A DNA stretch of 64,000 nucleotides from Escherichia coli (GTDB lineage: Bacteria > Pseudomonadota > Gammaproteobacteria > Enterobacterales > Enterobacteriaceae), in NCBI RefSeq assembly GCF_030013595.1, contig NZ_CP122768.1; one strand, 5' to 3'. Shown piece after piece: positions 11,419 through 21,395 of the stretch (its first letter is position 1; each line of letters begins with the position of its first letter). The notes under the pieces were generated by a model, which did no database searches, had not been told where the DNA came from, and was given only the letters and a program-made list of their open reading frames with translations. Position numbers and translations under genes: made by a program.

Positions 11419-11574
11419 CATCCCTAAAATAACCACTCAGTTATTTACCTTACTTTACGCGCGCGTAACTCTGGCAACATCACTGCAGGATAGCGGTCAA
11501 TTTACCTCCTCAAACGCAACGCAAACCTAGAACGGCTTCGGCCAACTATTAATCAATACATGCCAGGTTTTACT

Positions 11575-13725
11575 ATGGATACTAAAAAGATATTCAAGCA
11601 CATACCCTGGGTGATTCTCGGAATCATCGGTGCATTCTGCCTCGCGGTAGTTGCATTACGTCGGGGGGAGCACGTCAGCGCCCTGTGGATCGTGGTCGCC
11701 TCTGTGTCGGTGTATCTGGTGGCTTATCGCTACTACAGTCTGTACATCGCCCAGAAGGTAATGAAACTCGACCCCACGCGCGCGACGCCTGCGGTTATTA
11801 ACAACGACGGTCTGAACTATGTTCCGACCAACCGTTACGTGTTGTTTGGTCACCACTTCGCCGCTATCGCCGGTGCTGGTCCGCTGGTTGGTCCGGTGCT
11901 CGCCGCGCAGATGGGCTACCTGCCTGGCACGCTGTGGCTGCTGGCGGGGGTAGTACTGGCCGGTGCGGTTCAGGACTTTATGGTGCTGTTTATCTCCTCT
12001 CGCCGTAACGGCGCATCTCTCGGTGAGATGATCAAAGAAGAGATGGGACCAGTACCGGGGACTATCGCGCTGTTTGGCTGTTTCTTAATCATGATCATCA
12101 TCCTCGCCGTTCTGGCGCTGATTGTGGTTAAAGCCCTGGCCGAAAGTCCGTGGGGTGTCTTCACCGTTTGCTCAACCGTACCAATTGCGCTGTTTATGGG
12201 TATCTACATGCGCTTTATCCGTCCGGGGCGTGTGGGTGAAGTCTCTGTCATTGGTATCGTGCTGCTGGTTGCCTCTATCTACTTCGGTGGCGTGATTGCT
12301 CACGATCCGTACTGGGGTCCGGCACTGACCTTTAAAGACACCACCATTACCTTCGCGCTGATTGGCTATGCGTTTGTTTCCGCACTGCTGCCGGTGTGGC
12401 TGATCCTCGCACCGCGCGACTATCTGGCAACCTTCCTGAAAATCGGTGTTATCGTCGGCCTGGCGCTGGGTATCGTGGTGCTGAACCCGGAACTGAAAAT
12501 GCCTGCGATGACCCAGTACATTGACGGTACTGGCCCGCTGTGGAAAGGCGCTCTGTTCCCGTTCCTGTTCATCACCATCGCCTGTGGTGCGGTATCTGGC
12601 TTCCACGCACTGATCTCTTCCGGTACGACGCCGAAACTGCTGGCTAATGAAACCGACGCGCGTTTCATTGGCTACGGCGCAATGCTGATGGAGTCCTTCG
12701 TGGCGATTATGGCGCTGGTTGCAGCGTCCATCATCGAACCGGGTCTTTACTTCGCGATGAACACCCCGCCTGCGGGCCTTGGCATCACCATGCCTAACCT
12801 GCATGAAATGGGTGGCGAGAACGCGCCGATCATCATGGCGCAGTTGAAAGACGTTACCGCACACGCGGCGGCGACCGTCAGCTCCTGGGGCTTCGTGATT
12901 TCGCCAGAGCAGATCCTGCAAACCGCGAAAGACATTGGTGAGCCTTCTGTCCTGAACCGTGCAGGTGGTGCGCCGACACTGGCGGTAGGTATCGCTCACG
13001 TGTTCCACAAAGTGCTGCCGATGGCTGACATGGGCTTCTGGTATCACTTCGGTATTCTGTTCGAAGCCCTGTTCATCCTGACCGCGCTGGATGCCGGTAC
13101 CCGTTCTGGCCGCTTTATGCTGCAAGACCTGCTGGGTAACTTCATCCCGTTCCTGAAAAAAACCGACTCTCTGGTTGCTGGTATCATCGGTACTGCGGGC
13201 TGTGTGGGTCTGTGGGGCTACCTGCTGTATCAGGGCGTGGTCGATCCGCTGGGCGGCGTTAAGAGCCTGTGGCCGCTGTTCGGTATCTCCAACCAGATGC
13301 TGGCCGCCGTGGCGCTGGTACTGGGTACCGTTGTGCTGATTAAGATGAAGCGCACCCAATACATCTGGGTAACTGTTGTTCCGGCTGTATGGCTGCTTAT
13401 CTGCACCACCTGGGCGCTGGGCCTGAAACTGTTCAGTACCAACCCGCAGATGGAAGGCTTCTTCTACATGGCAAGCCAGTACAAAGAGAAGATTGCTAAC
13501 GGTACTGACCTGACGGCGCAGCAGATTGCCAACATGAACCACATCGTTGTGAATAACTACACCAACGCAGGTCTGAGTATTCTGTTCCTGATCGTGGTGT
13601 ACAGCATCATCTTCTATGGTTTCAAAACCTGGCTTGCGGTGCGTAACAGCGACAAACGTACTGACAAAGAAACACCGTACGTTCCAATCCCGGAAGGCGG
13701 CGTGAAGATCTCTTCGCACCACTAA
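11575..13725 (+). CDS. btsT: pyruvate/H+ symporter, CstA family
   Basis: ORF 11560..13725; start MDTKKIF at 11575 gives 716 aa; polytopic membrane protein. Confidence 0.9.
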   Translation: MDTKKIFKHIPWVILGIIGAFCLAVVALRRGEHVSALWIVVASVSVYLVAYRYYSLYIAQKVMKLDPTRATPAVINNDGLNYVPTNRYVLFGHHFAAIAGAGPLVGPVLAAQMGYLPGTLWLLAGVVLAGAVQDFMVLFISSRRNGASLGEMIKEEMGPVPGTIALFGCFLIMIIILAVLALIVVKALAESPWGVFTVCSTVPIALFMGIYMRFIRPGRVGEVSVIGIVLLVASIYFGGVIAHDPYWGPALTFKDTTITFALIGYAFVSALLPVWLILAPRDYLATFLKIGVIVGLALGIVVLNPELKMPAMTQYIDGTGPLWKGALFPFLFITIACGAVSGFHALISSGTTPKLLANETDARFIGYGAMLMESFVAIMALVAASIIEPGLYFAMNTPPAGLGITMPNLHEMGGENAPIIMAQLKDVTAHAAATVSSWGFVISPEQILQTAKDIGEPSVLNRAGGAPTLAVGIAHVFHKVLPMADMGFWYHFGILFEALFILTALDAGTRSGRFMLQDLLGNFIPFLKKTDSLVAGIIGTAGCVGLWGYLLYQGVVDPLGGVKSLWPLFGISNQMLAAVALVLGTVVLIKMKRTQYIWVTVVPAVWLLICTTWALGLKLFSTNPQMEGFFYMASQYKEKIANGTDLTAQQIANMNHIVVNNYTNAGLSILFLIVVYSIIFYGFKTWLAVRNSDKRTDKETPYVPIPEGGVKISSHH

Positions 13726-13733
13726 CCGTGTTT

Positions 13734-13761
13734 AGCCCCGCTTCGGCGGGGCTTTGTTCTT
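13734..13761 (+). terminator. rho-independent terminator after btsT
   Basis: hairpin agccccgc-ttcg-gcggggct followed by a T-rich tract. Confidence 0.6.
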
Positions 13762-13774
13762 ATCAGAGTGAACT

Positions 13775-13978
13775 ATGTTTGGTAACTTAGGACAGGCAAA
13801 AAAATATCTCGGCCAGGCGGCGAAGATGTTGATTGGCATTCCAGACTACGACAACTACGTCGAGCATATGAAGACCAACCATCCCGACAAGCCGTACATG
13901 AGCTATGAAGAATTCTTCCGCGAACGCCAGAACGCGCGCTACGGCGGCGATGGTAAAGGCGGTATGCGCTGTTGTTAA
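13775..13978 (+). CDS. yjiX: small CstA-associated protein (YbdD/YjiX family)
   Basis: 67-aa ORF directly downstream of btsT, conserved pairing with CstA-family transporters. Confidence 0.8.
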
Positions 13979-13988
13979 TGGAGAGAGC

Positions 13989-14945
13989 ATGAACCCGATT
14001 GCAGTGACCCTACTCACCGGTTTTTTAGGCGCGGGCAAAACTACCCTGCTGCGCCATATTCTTAACGAACAACACGGCTACAAGATTGCCGTGATTGAAA
14101 ACGAATTCGGCGAAGTCTCCGTTGATGATCAACTGATTGGCGACCGCGCCACGCAGATCAAAACGCTGACCAACGGCTGCATCTGCTGTTCGCGCTCCAA
14201 CGAGCTGGAGGACGCGCTACTCGACCTGCTGGACAATCTCGACAAGGGCAATATTCAGTTCGACCGTCTGGTCATTGAATGCACCGGCATGGCCGATCCT
14301 GGCCCGATTATTCAGACCTTTTTCTCCCATGAGATTTTATGCCAGCGCTACCTGCTGGACGGCGTGATTGCGCTGGTGGATGCGGTACATGCCGATGAGC
14401 AGATGAACCAGTTCACCATCGCCCAGTCCCAGGTTGGCTACGCCGACCGTATTCTGCTGACTAAAACCGACGTCGCAGGCGAAGCAGAGAAACTGCGTGA
14501 ACGTCTGGCACGCATCAACGCCCGCGCGCCGGTCTACACCGTCACCCACGGCGACATCGACCTGGGCCTGTTGTTCAACACCAACGGTTTTATGCTGGAA
14601 GAAAACGTCGTCAGCACCAAACCGCGTTTCCACTTTATCGCGGATAAACAAAACGATATTTCGTCGATTGTGGTGGAACTGGATTACCCGGTAGATATCA
14701 GCGAAGTTTCCCGCGTGATGGAAAACCTGCTGCTGGAATCGGCAGATAAACTGCTGCGTTACAAAGGGATGCTGTGGATTGACGGCGAACCTAACCGCCT
14801 GCTGTTCCAGGGCGTCCAGCGCCTCTACAGCGCCGACTGGGACAGGCCGTGGGGTGATGAAACACCGCATAGCACAATGGTGTTTATCGGGATTCAGCTG
14901 CCGGAGGATGAGATTCGGGCGGCGTTTGCGGGGTTGAGGAAGTAA
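13989..14945 (+). CDS. yjiA: COG0523 metal-chaperone GTPase
   Basis: 318 aa from MNPIAV at 13989; Walker A GFLGAGKTT and CxCC motif (GCICCS). Confidence 0.85.
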   Translation: MNPIAVTLLTGFLGAGKTTLLRHILNEQHGYKIAVIENEFGEVSVDDQLIGDRATQIKTLTNGCICCSRSNELEDALLDLLDNLDKGNIQFDRLVIECTGMADPGPIIQTFFSHEILCQRYLLDGVIALVDAVHADEQMNQFTIAQSQVGYADRILLTKTDVAGEAEKLRERLARINARAPVYTVTHGDIDLGLLFNTNGFMLEENVVSTKPRFHFIADKQNDISSIVVELDYPVDISEVSRVMENLLLESADKLLRYKGMLWIDGEPNRLLFQGVQRLYSADWDRPWGDETPHSTMVFIGIQLPEDEIRAAFAGLRK

Positions 14946-14949
14946 GGGG

Positions 14950-14990
14950 TTATGGGCCGGATAAGGCGCAGCCGCATCCGGCCTGATATT
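14950..14990. repeat. REP element between yjiA and mrr
   Basis: gccggataaggcgcagccgcatccggcc palindromic unit. Confidence 0.5.
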
Positions 14991-15905
14991 TCACTCAAAA
15001 TAGTCCATATCCAGTTTCGGCACCTTCAACAAACGTGAAGAAACCCCTACTTCGTTTTCGATCATTAAGTGCACCAGGCGTTCCCCATCAACCAACACCA
15101 TACCCTCAACGGATTGGGCAAAGTCACGCGCCTGAGAAGTAAATCCAGAAGTGGTAATAAACACCCCACGTTTCGCTTTTTGCCCAGCCAGTGCGCCGTA
15201 AAATGCCTGTAATTCTGGCCTGCCTACAGTATTCTGCCAACGTTTTGCCTGAACATAAACTTTCTCCAGGCCAAGTTTATCAAGCGATATCACACCATCG
15301 ATGCCACCATCTCCAGTACCGCCAACACGCTGCAAATCATCACGGTGGCCGCCATACCCCAGGCGATGCAAAACATCCAGAACAATGACTTCAAAGCGCG
15401 AAGGAGAAACCTGCAATAAGTTTTCCAGAACCTCATCAGCCACCGCATCACGAAGCTCTTTTAGCGCCTGATCTAACCGATCGTCCGGGCTGCTCTTTGC
15501 AAGTTCTTCATGATCGGGAGAGTCGGCTTTCGGATCTAAATCGACGGCATCCGGCCGTGACTTAAGTTTGACATTCACAAAATCGAAGGCCAGATGGTTC
15601 GTCTCCTGCTCCGTCATTGGCTGGGGATGAGACGCAACCCAGTCAAAACCCGCAGGAGTCAGGCACCATTTGCCACGCGACAAACTTTGCGACAACCCGG
15701 CACGTTTTAAACGGTCATGCGCCCAGCCTGCACGATTTTTATAAACAAGTTGTCCGCTGGTAATGACTTTCGCTCGCTGGCTGTCATCCAGTCCTAATGC
15801 ATCCGCGGCAGCCTCATGAACATCACGCGCGGCTGCACCTTCCGGTTTTGTCGCCAGATAACGCAGAACAGGTTCAATAAATTTGTCATAGGTTGGAACC
15901 GTCAT
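14991..15905 (-). CDS. mrr: Mrr type IV methylation-dependent restriction endonuclease
   Basis: 304-aa ORF; matches Mrr from memory; adjacent to hsdR. Confidence 0.9.
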   Translation of the reverse strand: MTVPTYDKFIEPVLRYLATKPEGAAARDVHEAAADALGLDDSQRAKVITSGQLVYKNRAGWAHDRLKRAGLSQSLSRGKWCLTPAGFDWVASHPQPMTEQETNHLAFDFVNVKLKSRPDAVDLDPKADSPDHEELAKSSPDDRLDQALKELRDAVADEVLENLLQVSPSRFEVIVLDVLHRLGYGGHRDDLQRVGGTGDGGIDGVISLDKLGLEKVYVQAKRWQNTVGRPELQAFYGALAGQKAKRGVFITTSGFTSQARDFAQSVEGMVLVDGERLVHLMIENEVGVSSRLLKVPKLDMDYFE

Positions 15906-16092
15906 AGTACATCCTTGCAGAATCAGGTAGATGTTTTTCGGCTACTATAACACTACCAAAATAGGCGAACACGTTAGAAATGAGTCAGTTGCTGTGACCG
16001 TGGTCATTGCCCGGAAAGGTACAGAAAGCTAAGATGCGATGTTATGGGCCTTAAATATTTGGACAGGCCCACACAGCAATGGATTAATAACA

Positions 16093-19000
16093 ATGATGAA
16101 TAAATCCAATTTTGAATTCCTGAAGGGCGTCAACGACTTCACTTATGCCATCGCCTGTGCGGCGGAAAATAACTACCCCGATGATCCCAACACGACGCTG
16201 ATTAAAATGCGTATGTTTGGCGAAGCCACAGCGAAACATCTTGGTCTGTTACTCAACATCCCCTCTTGTGAGAATCAACACGATCTCCTGCGCGAACTTG
16301 GCAAAATCGCCTTCGTTGATGACAACATTCTCTCTGTATTCCACAAATTACGCCGCATTGGTAACCAGGCGGTGCACGAATATCATAACGATCTCGACGA
16401 TGCCCAGATGTGCCTGCGGCTAGGCTTCCGTCTGGCTGTCTGGTACTACCGTCTGGTCACCAAAGATTATGACTTCCCGGTGCCGGTATTTGTGTTGCCA
16501 GAACGTGGCGAGAACCTCTATCACCAGGAAGTGCTGACGCTAAAACAACAGCTTGAACAGCAGGTGCGAGAAAAAGCGCAAACTCAGGCAGAAGTCGAAG
16601 CGCAACAGCAGAAGCTGGTTGCTCTGAACGGCTATATCGCCATTCTGGAAGGCAAACAGCAGGAAACAGAAGCGCAAACCCAGGCTCGCCTTGCGGCGCT
16701 GGAAGCACAGCTTGCCGAGAAGAACGCGGAACTGGCAAAACAGACCGAACAGGAACGTAAGGCTTACCACAAAGAAATTACCGATCAGGCCATCAAGCGC
16801 ACACTCAACCTTAGCGAAGAAGAGAGTCGCTTCCTGATTGACGCGCAACTGCGTAAAGCAGGCTGGCAGGCCGATAGCAAAACCCTGCGCTTCTCCAAAG
16901 GCGCACGCCCGGAACCCGGCGTCAATAAAGCCATTGCCGAATGGCCGACCGGGAAAGATGAAACGGGTAATCAGGGTTTTGCGGATTATGTGCTGTTTGT
17001 CGGCCTCAAGCCCATCGCGGTGGTAGAGGCGAAACGTAAAAATATCGACGTTCCCGGCAAGCTCAATGAGTCGTATCGCTACAGCAAATGCTTCGATAAT
17101 GGCTTCCTGCGGGAAACCTTGCTTGAGCATTACTCGCCGGATGAAGTGCATGAAGCGGTGCCGGAGTATGAAACCAGCTGGCAGGACACCAGCGGCCAAC
17201 AACGGTTTAAAATCCCCTTCTGCTACTCGACCAACGGGCGCGAATACCGCGCAGCAATGAAAACTAAAAGCGGCATCTGGTATCGCGACGTGCGTGATAC
17301 CCGTAATATGTCGAAAGCCTTACCCGAGTGGCATCGCCCGGAAGAGCTGCTGGAAATGCTCGGCAGTGAACCGCAAAAACAGAATCAGTGGTTTGCCGAT
17401 AACCCTGGCATGAGCGAGCTGGGCCTGCGTTATTATCAGGAAGATGCCGTCCGCGCGGTTGAAAAGGCAATCGTCAAGGGTCAACAAGAGATCCTGCTGG
17501 CGATGGCGACCGGTACCGGTAAAACCCGTACCGCAATCGCCATGATGTTCCGCCTGATCCAGTCCCAGCGTTTTAAACGCATTCTCTTCCTTGTGGATCG
17601 CCGTTCTCTTGGCGAGCAGGCGCTGGGGGCGTTTGAAGATACGCGTATTAACGGCGACACTTTCAACAGCATTTTCGACATTAAAGGGCTGACGGATAAA
17701 TTCCCGGAAGACAGCACCAAAATTCACGTTGCCACCGTACAGTCGCTGGTGAAACGCACCCTGCAATCGGATGAACCGATGCCGGTGGCCCGTTACGACT
17801 GTATCGTCGTCGATGAAGCGCATCGCGGCTATATTCTCGATAAAGAGCAGACCGAAGGCGAGCTGCAGTTCCGCAGCCAGCTGGATTATGTCTCTGCCTA
17901 CCGTCGCATTCTCGATCATTTCGATGCGGTAAAAATCGCCCTCACCGCCACCCCGGCGCTGCATACGGTGCAGATTTTCGGTGAGCCGGTTTACCGTTAT
18001 ACCTACCGGACCGCAGTTATCGACGGTTTTCTGATCGACCAGGATCCGCCGATCCAAATCACCACCCGCAACGCCCAGGAGGGAGTTTATCTCTCCAAAG
18101 GCGAGCAGATAGAGCGCATCAGCCCGCAGGGGGAAGTGATCAACGACACCCTGGAAGACGATCAGGATTTTGAGGTCGCCGACTTTAACCGTGGCCTGGT
18201 GATCCCGGCGTTTAACCGCGCCGTCTGTAACGAACTCACCAACTACCTTGATCCGACCGGGTCGCAAAAAACGCTGGTCTTCTGTGTCACTAATGCTCAT
18301 GCCGATATGGTGGTGGAAGAGCTGCGTACCGCATTCAAGAAAAAGTATCCGCAACTGGAGCACGACGCGATCATCAAGATCACCGGTGATGCCGATAAAG
18401 ACGCGCGCAAAGTGCAGACCATGATCACCCGTTTCAATAAAGAGCGGCTGCCCAATATCGTGGTAACCGTCGACCTGCTGACGACCGGCGTCGATATTCC
18501 GTCGATCTGTAATATCGTGTTCCTGCGTAAAGTACGCAGCCGTATTCTGTACGAGCAGATGAAAGGCCGCGCCACGCGCTTGTGCCCGGACGTGAATAAA
18601 ACCAGCTTTAAGATTTTCGACTGTGTCGATATCTACAGCACACTGGAGAGCGTCGACACCATGCGTCCGGTGGTGGTGCGTCCGAAGGTGGAATTACAAA
18701 CGCTGGTCAACGAAATTACCGATTCAGAAACCTATAAAATTACCGAAGCGGATGGCCGTAGCTTTGCCGAGCACAGCCATGAACAATTGGTGGCGAAGCT
18801 CCAGCGCATCATCGGCCTGGCCACGTTTAACCGTGACCGCAGCGAAACGATAGATAAACAGGTGCGTCGTCTGGATGAGCTATGCCAGGACGCGGCGGGA
18901 GTGAACTTTAACGGCTTCGCCTCGCGCCTGCGGGAAAAAGGGCCGCACTGGAGCGCCGAAGTCTTTAACAAACTGCCTGGCTTTATCGCCCGTCTGGAAA

Positions 19001-19605
19001 AGCTGAAAACCGACATCAACAACCTGAACGATGCGCCGATCTTCCTCGATATCGACGATGAAGTGGTGAGCGTAAAATCGCTGTACGGTGATTACGACAC
19101 GCCGCAGGATTTCCTCGAAGCCTTTGACTCGCTGGTGCAACGTTCCCCGAACGCACAGCCGGCATTGCAGGCGGTGATTAATCGCCCGCGCGATCTCACC
19201 CGTAAAGGGCTGGTCGAGCTACAGGAGTGGTTTGACCGCCAGCACTTTGAGGAATCTTCCCTGCGCAAAGCATGGAAAGAGACGCGCAATGAAGATATCG
19301 CCGCCCGGCTGATTGGTCATATTCGCCGTGCAGCGGTAGGCGATGCGCTGAAACCGTTTGAGGAACGTGTCGATCACGCGCTGACGCGCATTAAGGGCGA
19401 AAACGACTGGAGCAGCGAGCAATTAAGCTGGCTCGATCGTTTAGCGCAGGCGCTGAAAGAGAAAGTGGTGCTCGACGACGATGTCTTCAAAACCGGCAAC
19501 TTCCACCGTCGCGGCGGGAAGGCGATGCTGCAAAGAACCTTTGACGATAATCTCGACAACCTGCTCGATAAATTCAGCGATTATATCTGGGACGAGCTGG
19601 CCTGA
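16093..19605 (+). CDS. hsdR: type I restriction enzyme R subunit
   Basis: ORF 16039..19605; start MMNKS at 16093 gives 1170 aa; helicase motifs (MATGTGKT, VVDEAHR) and coiled-coil QQ-rich segment. Confidence 0.95.
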   Translation: MMNKSNFEFLKGVNDFTYAIACAAENNYPDDPNTTLIKMRMFGEATAKHLGLLLNIPSCENQHDLLRELGKIAFVDDNILSVFHKLRRIGNQAVHEYHNDLDDAQMCLRLGFRLAVWYYRLVTKDYDFPVPVFVLPERGENLYHQEVLTLKQQLEQQVREKAQTQAEVEAQQQKLVALNGYIAILEGKQQETEAQTQARLAALEAQLAEKNAELAKQTEQERKAYHKEITDQAIKRTLNLSEEESRFLIDAQLRKAGWQADSKTLRFSKGARPEPGVNKAIAEWPTGKDETGNQGFADYVLFVGLKPIAVVEAKRKNIDVPGKLNESYRYSKCFDNGFLRETLLEHYSPDEVHEAVPEYETSWQDTSGQQRFKIPFCYSTNGREYRAAMKTKSGIWYRDVRDTRNMSKALPEWHRPEELLEMLGSEPQKQNQWFADNPGMSELGLRYYQEDAVRAVEKAIVKGQQEILLAMATGTGKTRTAIAMMFRLIQSQRFKRILFLVDRRSLGEQALGAFEDTRINGDTFNSIFDIKGLTDKFPEDSTKIHVATVQSLVKRTLQSDEPMPVARYDCIVVDEAHRGYILDKEQTEGELQFRSQLDYVSAYRRILDHFDAVKIALTATPALHTVQIFGEPVYRYTYRTAVIDGFLIDQDPPIQITTRNAQEGVYLSKGEQIERISPQGEVINDTLEDDQDFEVADFNRGLVIPAFNRAVCNELTNYLDPTGSQKTLVFCVTNAHADMVVEELRTAFKKKYPQLEHDAIIKITGDADKDARKVQTMITRFNKERLPNIVVTVDLLTTGVDIPSICNIVFLRKVRSRILYEQMKGRATRLCPDVNKTSFKIFDCVDIYSTLESVDTMRPVVVRPKVELQTLVNEITDSETYKITEADGRSFAEHSHEQLVAKLQRIIGLATFNRDRSETIDKQVRRLDELCQDAAGVNFNGFASRLREKGPHWSAEVFNKLPGFIARLEKLKTDINNLNDAPIFLDIDDEVVSVKSLYGDYDTPQDFLEAFDSLVQRSPNAQPALQAVINRPRDLTRKGLVELQEWFDRQHFEESSLRKAWKETRNEDIAARLIGHIRRAAVGDALKPFEERVDHALTRIKGENDWSSEQLSWLDRLAQALKEKVVLDDDVFKTGNFHRRGGKAMLQRTFDDNLDNLLDKFSDYIWDELA

Positions 19606-19805
19606 CACGTATACACTTCATCCTTCAGGCTGCCTCTGCGTTGGCTGCGCTCGTTCACCCCGGTCACGTACTTCTGTACGCTCCCGGGGATTCACTCACT
19701 TGCCGCCTTGATGCAACCTGAATGATTTTGTGTATATTACCCTCGGCAATTTCTTCTTCTGCGGCCCGATGAATTTGGGCCGCTGCTTAATTTACGGAAC
19801 TCACA

Positions 19806-21395
19806 ATGAACAATAACGATCTGGTCGCGAAGCTGTGGAAGCTGTGTGACAATCTGCGCGATGGCGGCGTTTCCTATCAAAACTACGTCAATGAACTCGC
19901 CTCGCTGCTGTTTTTGAAAATGTGTAAAGAGACCGGACAGGAAGCGGAGTACCTGCCGGTAGGCTACCGCTGGGATGACCTGAAATCCCGTATCGGTCAG
20001 GAGCAGTTGCAGTTCTACCGTAATCTGCTGGTACATCTGGGCGCCGACAATCAAAAGCTGGTGCAGGCGGTGTTCCAGAACGTCAACACCACCATTACCC
20101 AGCCGAAACAGTTGACCGAACTGGTCGGCAATATGGATTCACTGGACTGGTACAACGGCGCACACGGTAAGTCGCGCGATGACTTCGGCGATATGTACGA
20201 AGGGCTGTTGCAGAAAAACGCCAACGAAACCAAGTCTGGCGCGGGCCAGTACTTCACCCCGCGTCCGCTGATTAAAACCATTATTCATCTGCTGAAACCG
20301 CAGCCGCGTGAAGTGGTGCAGGACCCGGCAGCCGGTACGGCGGGCTTTTTGATTGAAGCCGACCGCTACGTTAAGTCGCAGACCAATGATCTGGACGACC
20401 TTGATGGCGACACGCAGGATTTCCAGATCCACCGCGCGTTTATCGGCCTCGAACTGGTGCCCGGCACCCGTCGTCTGGCGCTGATGAACTGCCTGCTGCA
20501 CGATATTGAAGGCAACCTCGACCACGGCGGCGCAATCCGTCTGGGCAACACCCTGGGCAGCGACGGTGAAAACCTGCCGAAGGCGCATATTGTCGCCACT
20601 AACCCGCCGTTTGGCAGCGCCGCGGGCACCAACATTACCCGCACCTTTGTTCACCCGACCAGCAACAAACAGCTGTGCTTTATGCAGCATATTATCGAAA
20701 CGCTGCATCCCGGCGGTCGTGCGGCGGTAGTGGTGCCAGATAACGTGCTGTTTGAAGGCGGCAAAGGCACCGACATCCGTCGTGACCTGATGGATAAGTG
20801 TCATCTGCATACCATCCTGCGTCTGCCGACCGGTATTTTTTACGCTCAGGGCGTGAAAACTAACGTGCTGTTCTTTACCAAAGGGACGGTGGCGAACCCG
20901 CATCAGGATAAGAACTGCACCGATGATGTGTGGGTGTACGACCTGCGTACCAATATGCCGAGCTTCGGCAAGCGCACGCCGTTTACCGACGAGCATTTGC
21001 AGCCGTTTGAGCGCGTGTATGGCGAAGATCCCCACGGTTTAAGCCCGCGCACTGAAGGTGAATGGAGTTTTAACGCCGAAGAGACGGAAGTTGCCGACAG
21101 CGAAGAGAACAAAAACACCGATCAGCATCTGGCTACCAGCCGCTGGCGCAAGTTCAGCCGCGAGTGGATCCGCACCGCGAAATCCGATTCGCTGGATATC
21201 TCCTGGCTGAAAGATAAAGACAGTATTGATGCCGACAACCTGCCGGAGCCGGATGTATTAGCGGCAGAAGCGATGGGTGAACTGGTGCAGGCGCTGGGCG
21301 AACTGGATGCGCTGATGCGTGAACTGGGGGCGAGCGATGAGGCCGATTTGCAGCGTCAGTTGCTGGAAGAAGCATTTGGTGGGGTGAAGGAATGA
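19806..21395 (+). CDS. hsdM: type I restriction-modification N6-adenine methyltransferase M subunit
   Basis: 529-aa ORF with the NPPF catalytic motif (VATNPPFGS); 4-nt overlap with hsdS. Confidence 0.95.
   Translation: MNNNDLVAKLWKLCDNLRDGGVSYQNYVNELASLLFLKMCKETGQEAEYLPVGYRWDDLKSRIGQEQLQFYRNLLVHLGADNQKLVQAVFQNVNTTITQPKQLTELVGNMDSLDWYNGAHGKSRDDFGDMYEGLLQKNANETKSGAGQYFTPRPLIKTIIHLLKPQPREVVQDPAAGTAGFLIEADRYVKSQTNDLDDLDGDTQDFQIHRAFIGLELVPGTRRLALMNCLLHDIEGNLDHGGAIRLGNTLGSDGENLPKAHIVATNPPFGSAAGTNITRTFVHPTSNKQLCFMQHIIETLHPGGRAAVVVPDNVLFEGGKGTDIRRDLMDKCHLHTILRLPTGIFYAQGVKTNVLFFTKGTVANPHQDKNCTDDVWVYDLRTNMPSFGKRTPFTDEHLQPFERVYGEDPHGLSPRTEGEWSFNAEETEVADSEENKNTDQHLATSRWRKFSREWIRTAKSDSLDISWLKDKDSIDADNLPEPDVLAAEAMGELVQALGELDALMRELGASDEADLQRQLLEEAFGGVKE

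Noticed and set aside
12172-13722. 516-aa minus-strand ORF
   Set aside because: Lies entirely antisense to btsT with an Arg/His/Gln-rich low-complexity product; typical shadow ORF
17320-18363. 347-aa minus-strand ORF
   Set aside because: Antisense to hsdR; no start context or RBS; shadow ORF
19606-19805. Possible REP element or hairpin in the hsdR-hsdM intergenic region
   Set aside because: Only an imperfect inverted repeat (gcggcccgat...gggccgc); more likely part of the hsdM promoter region than a discrete repeat
20139-21035. 298-aa minus-strand ORF
   Set aside because: Antisense to hsdM; shadow ORF
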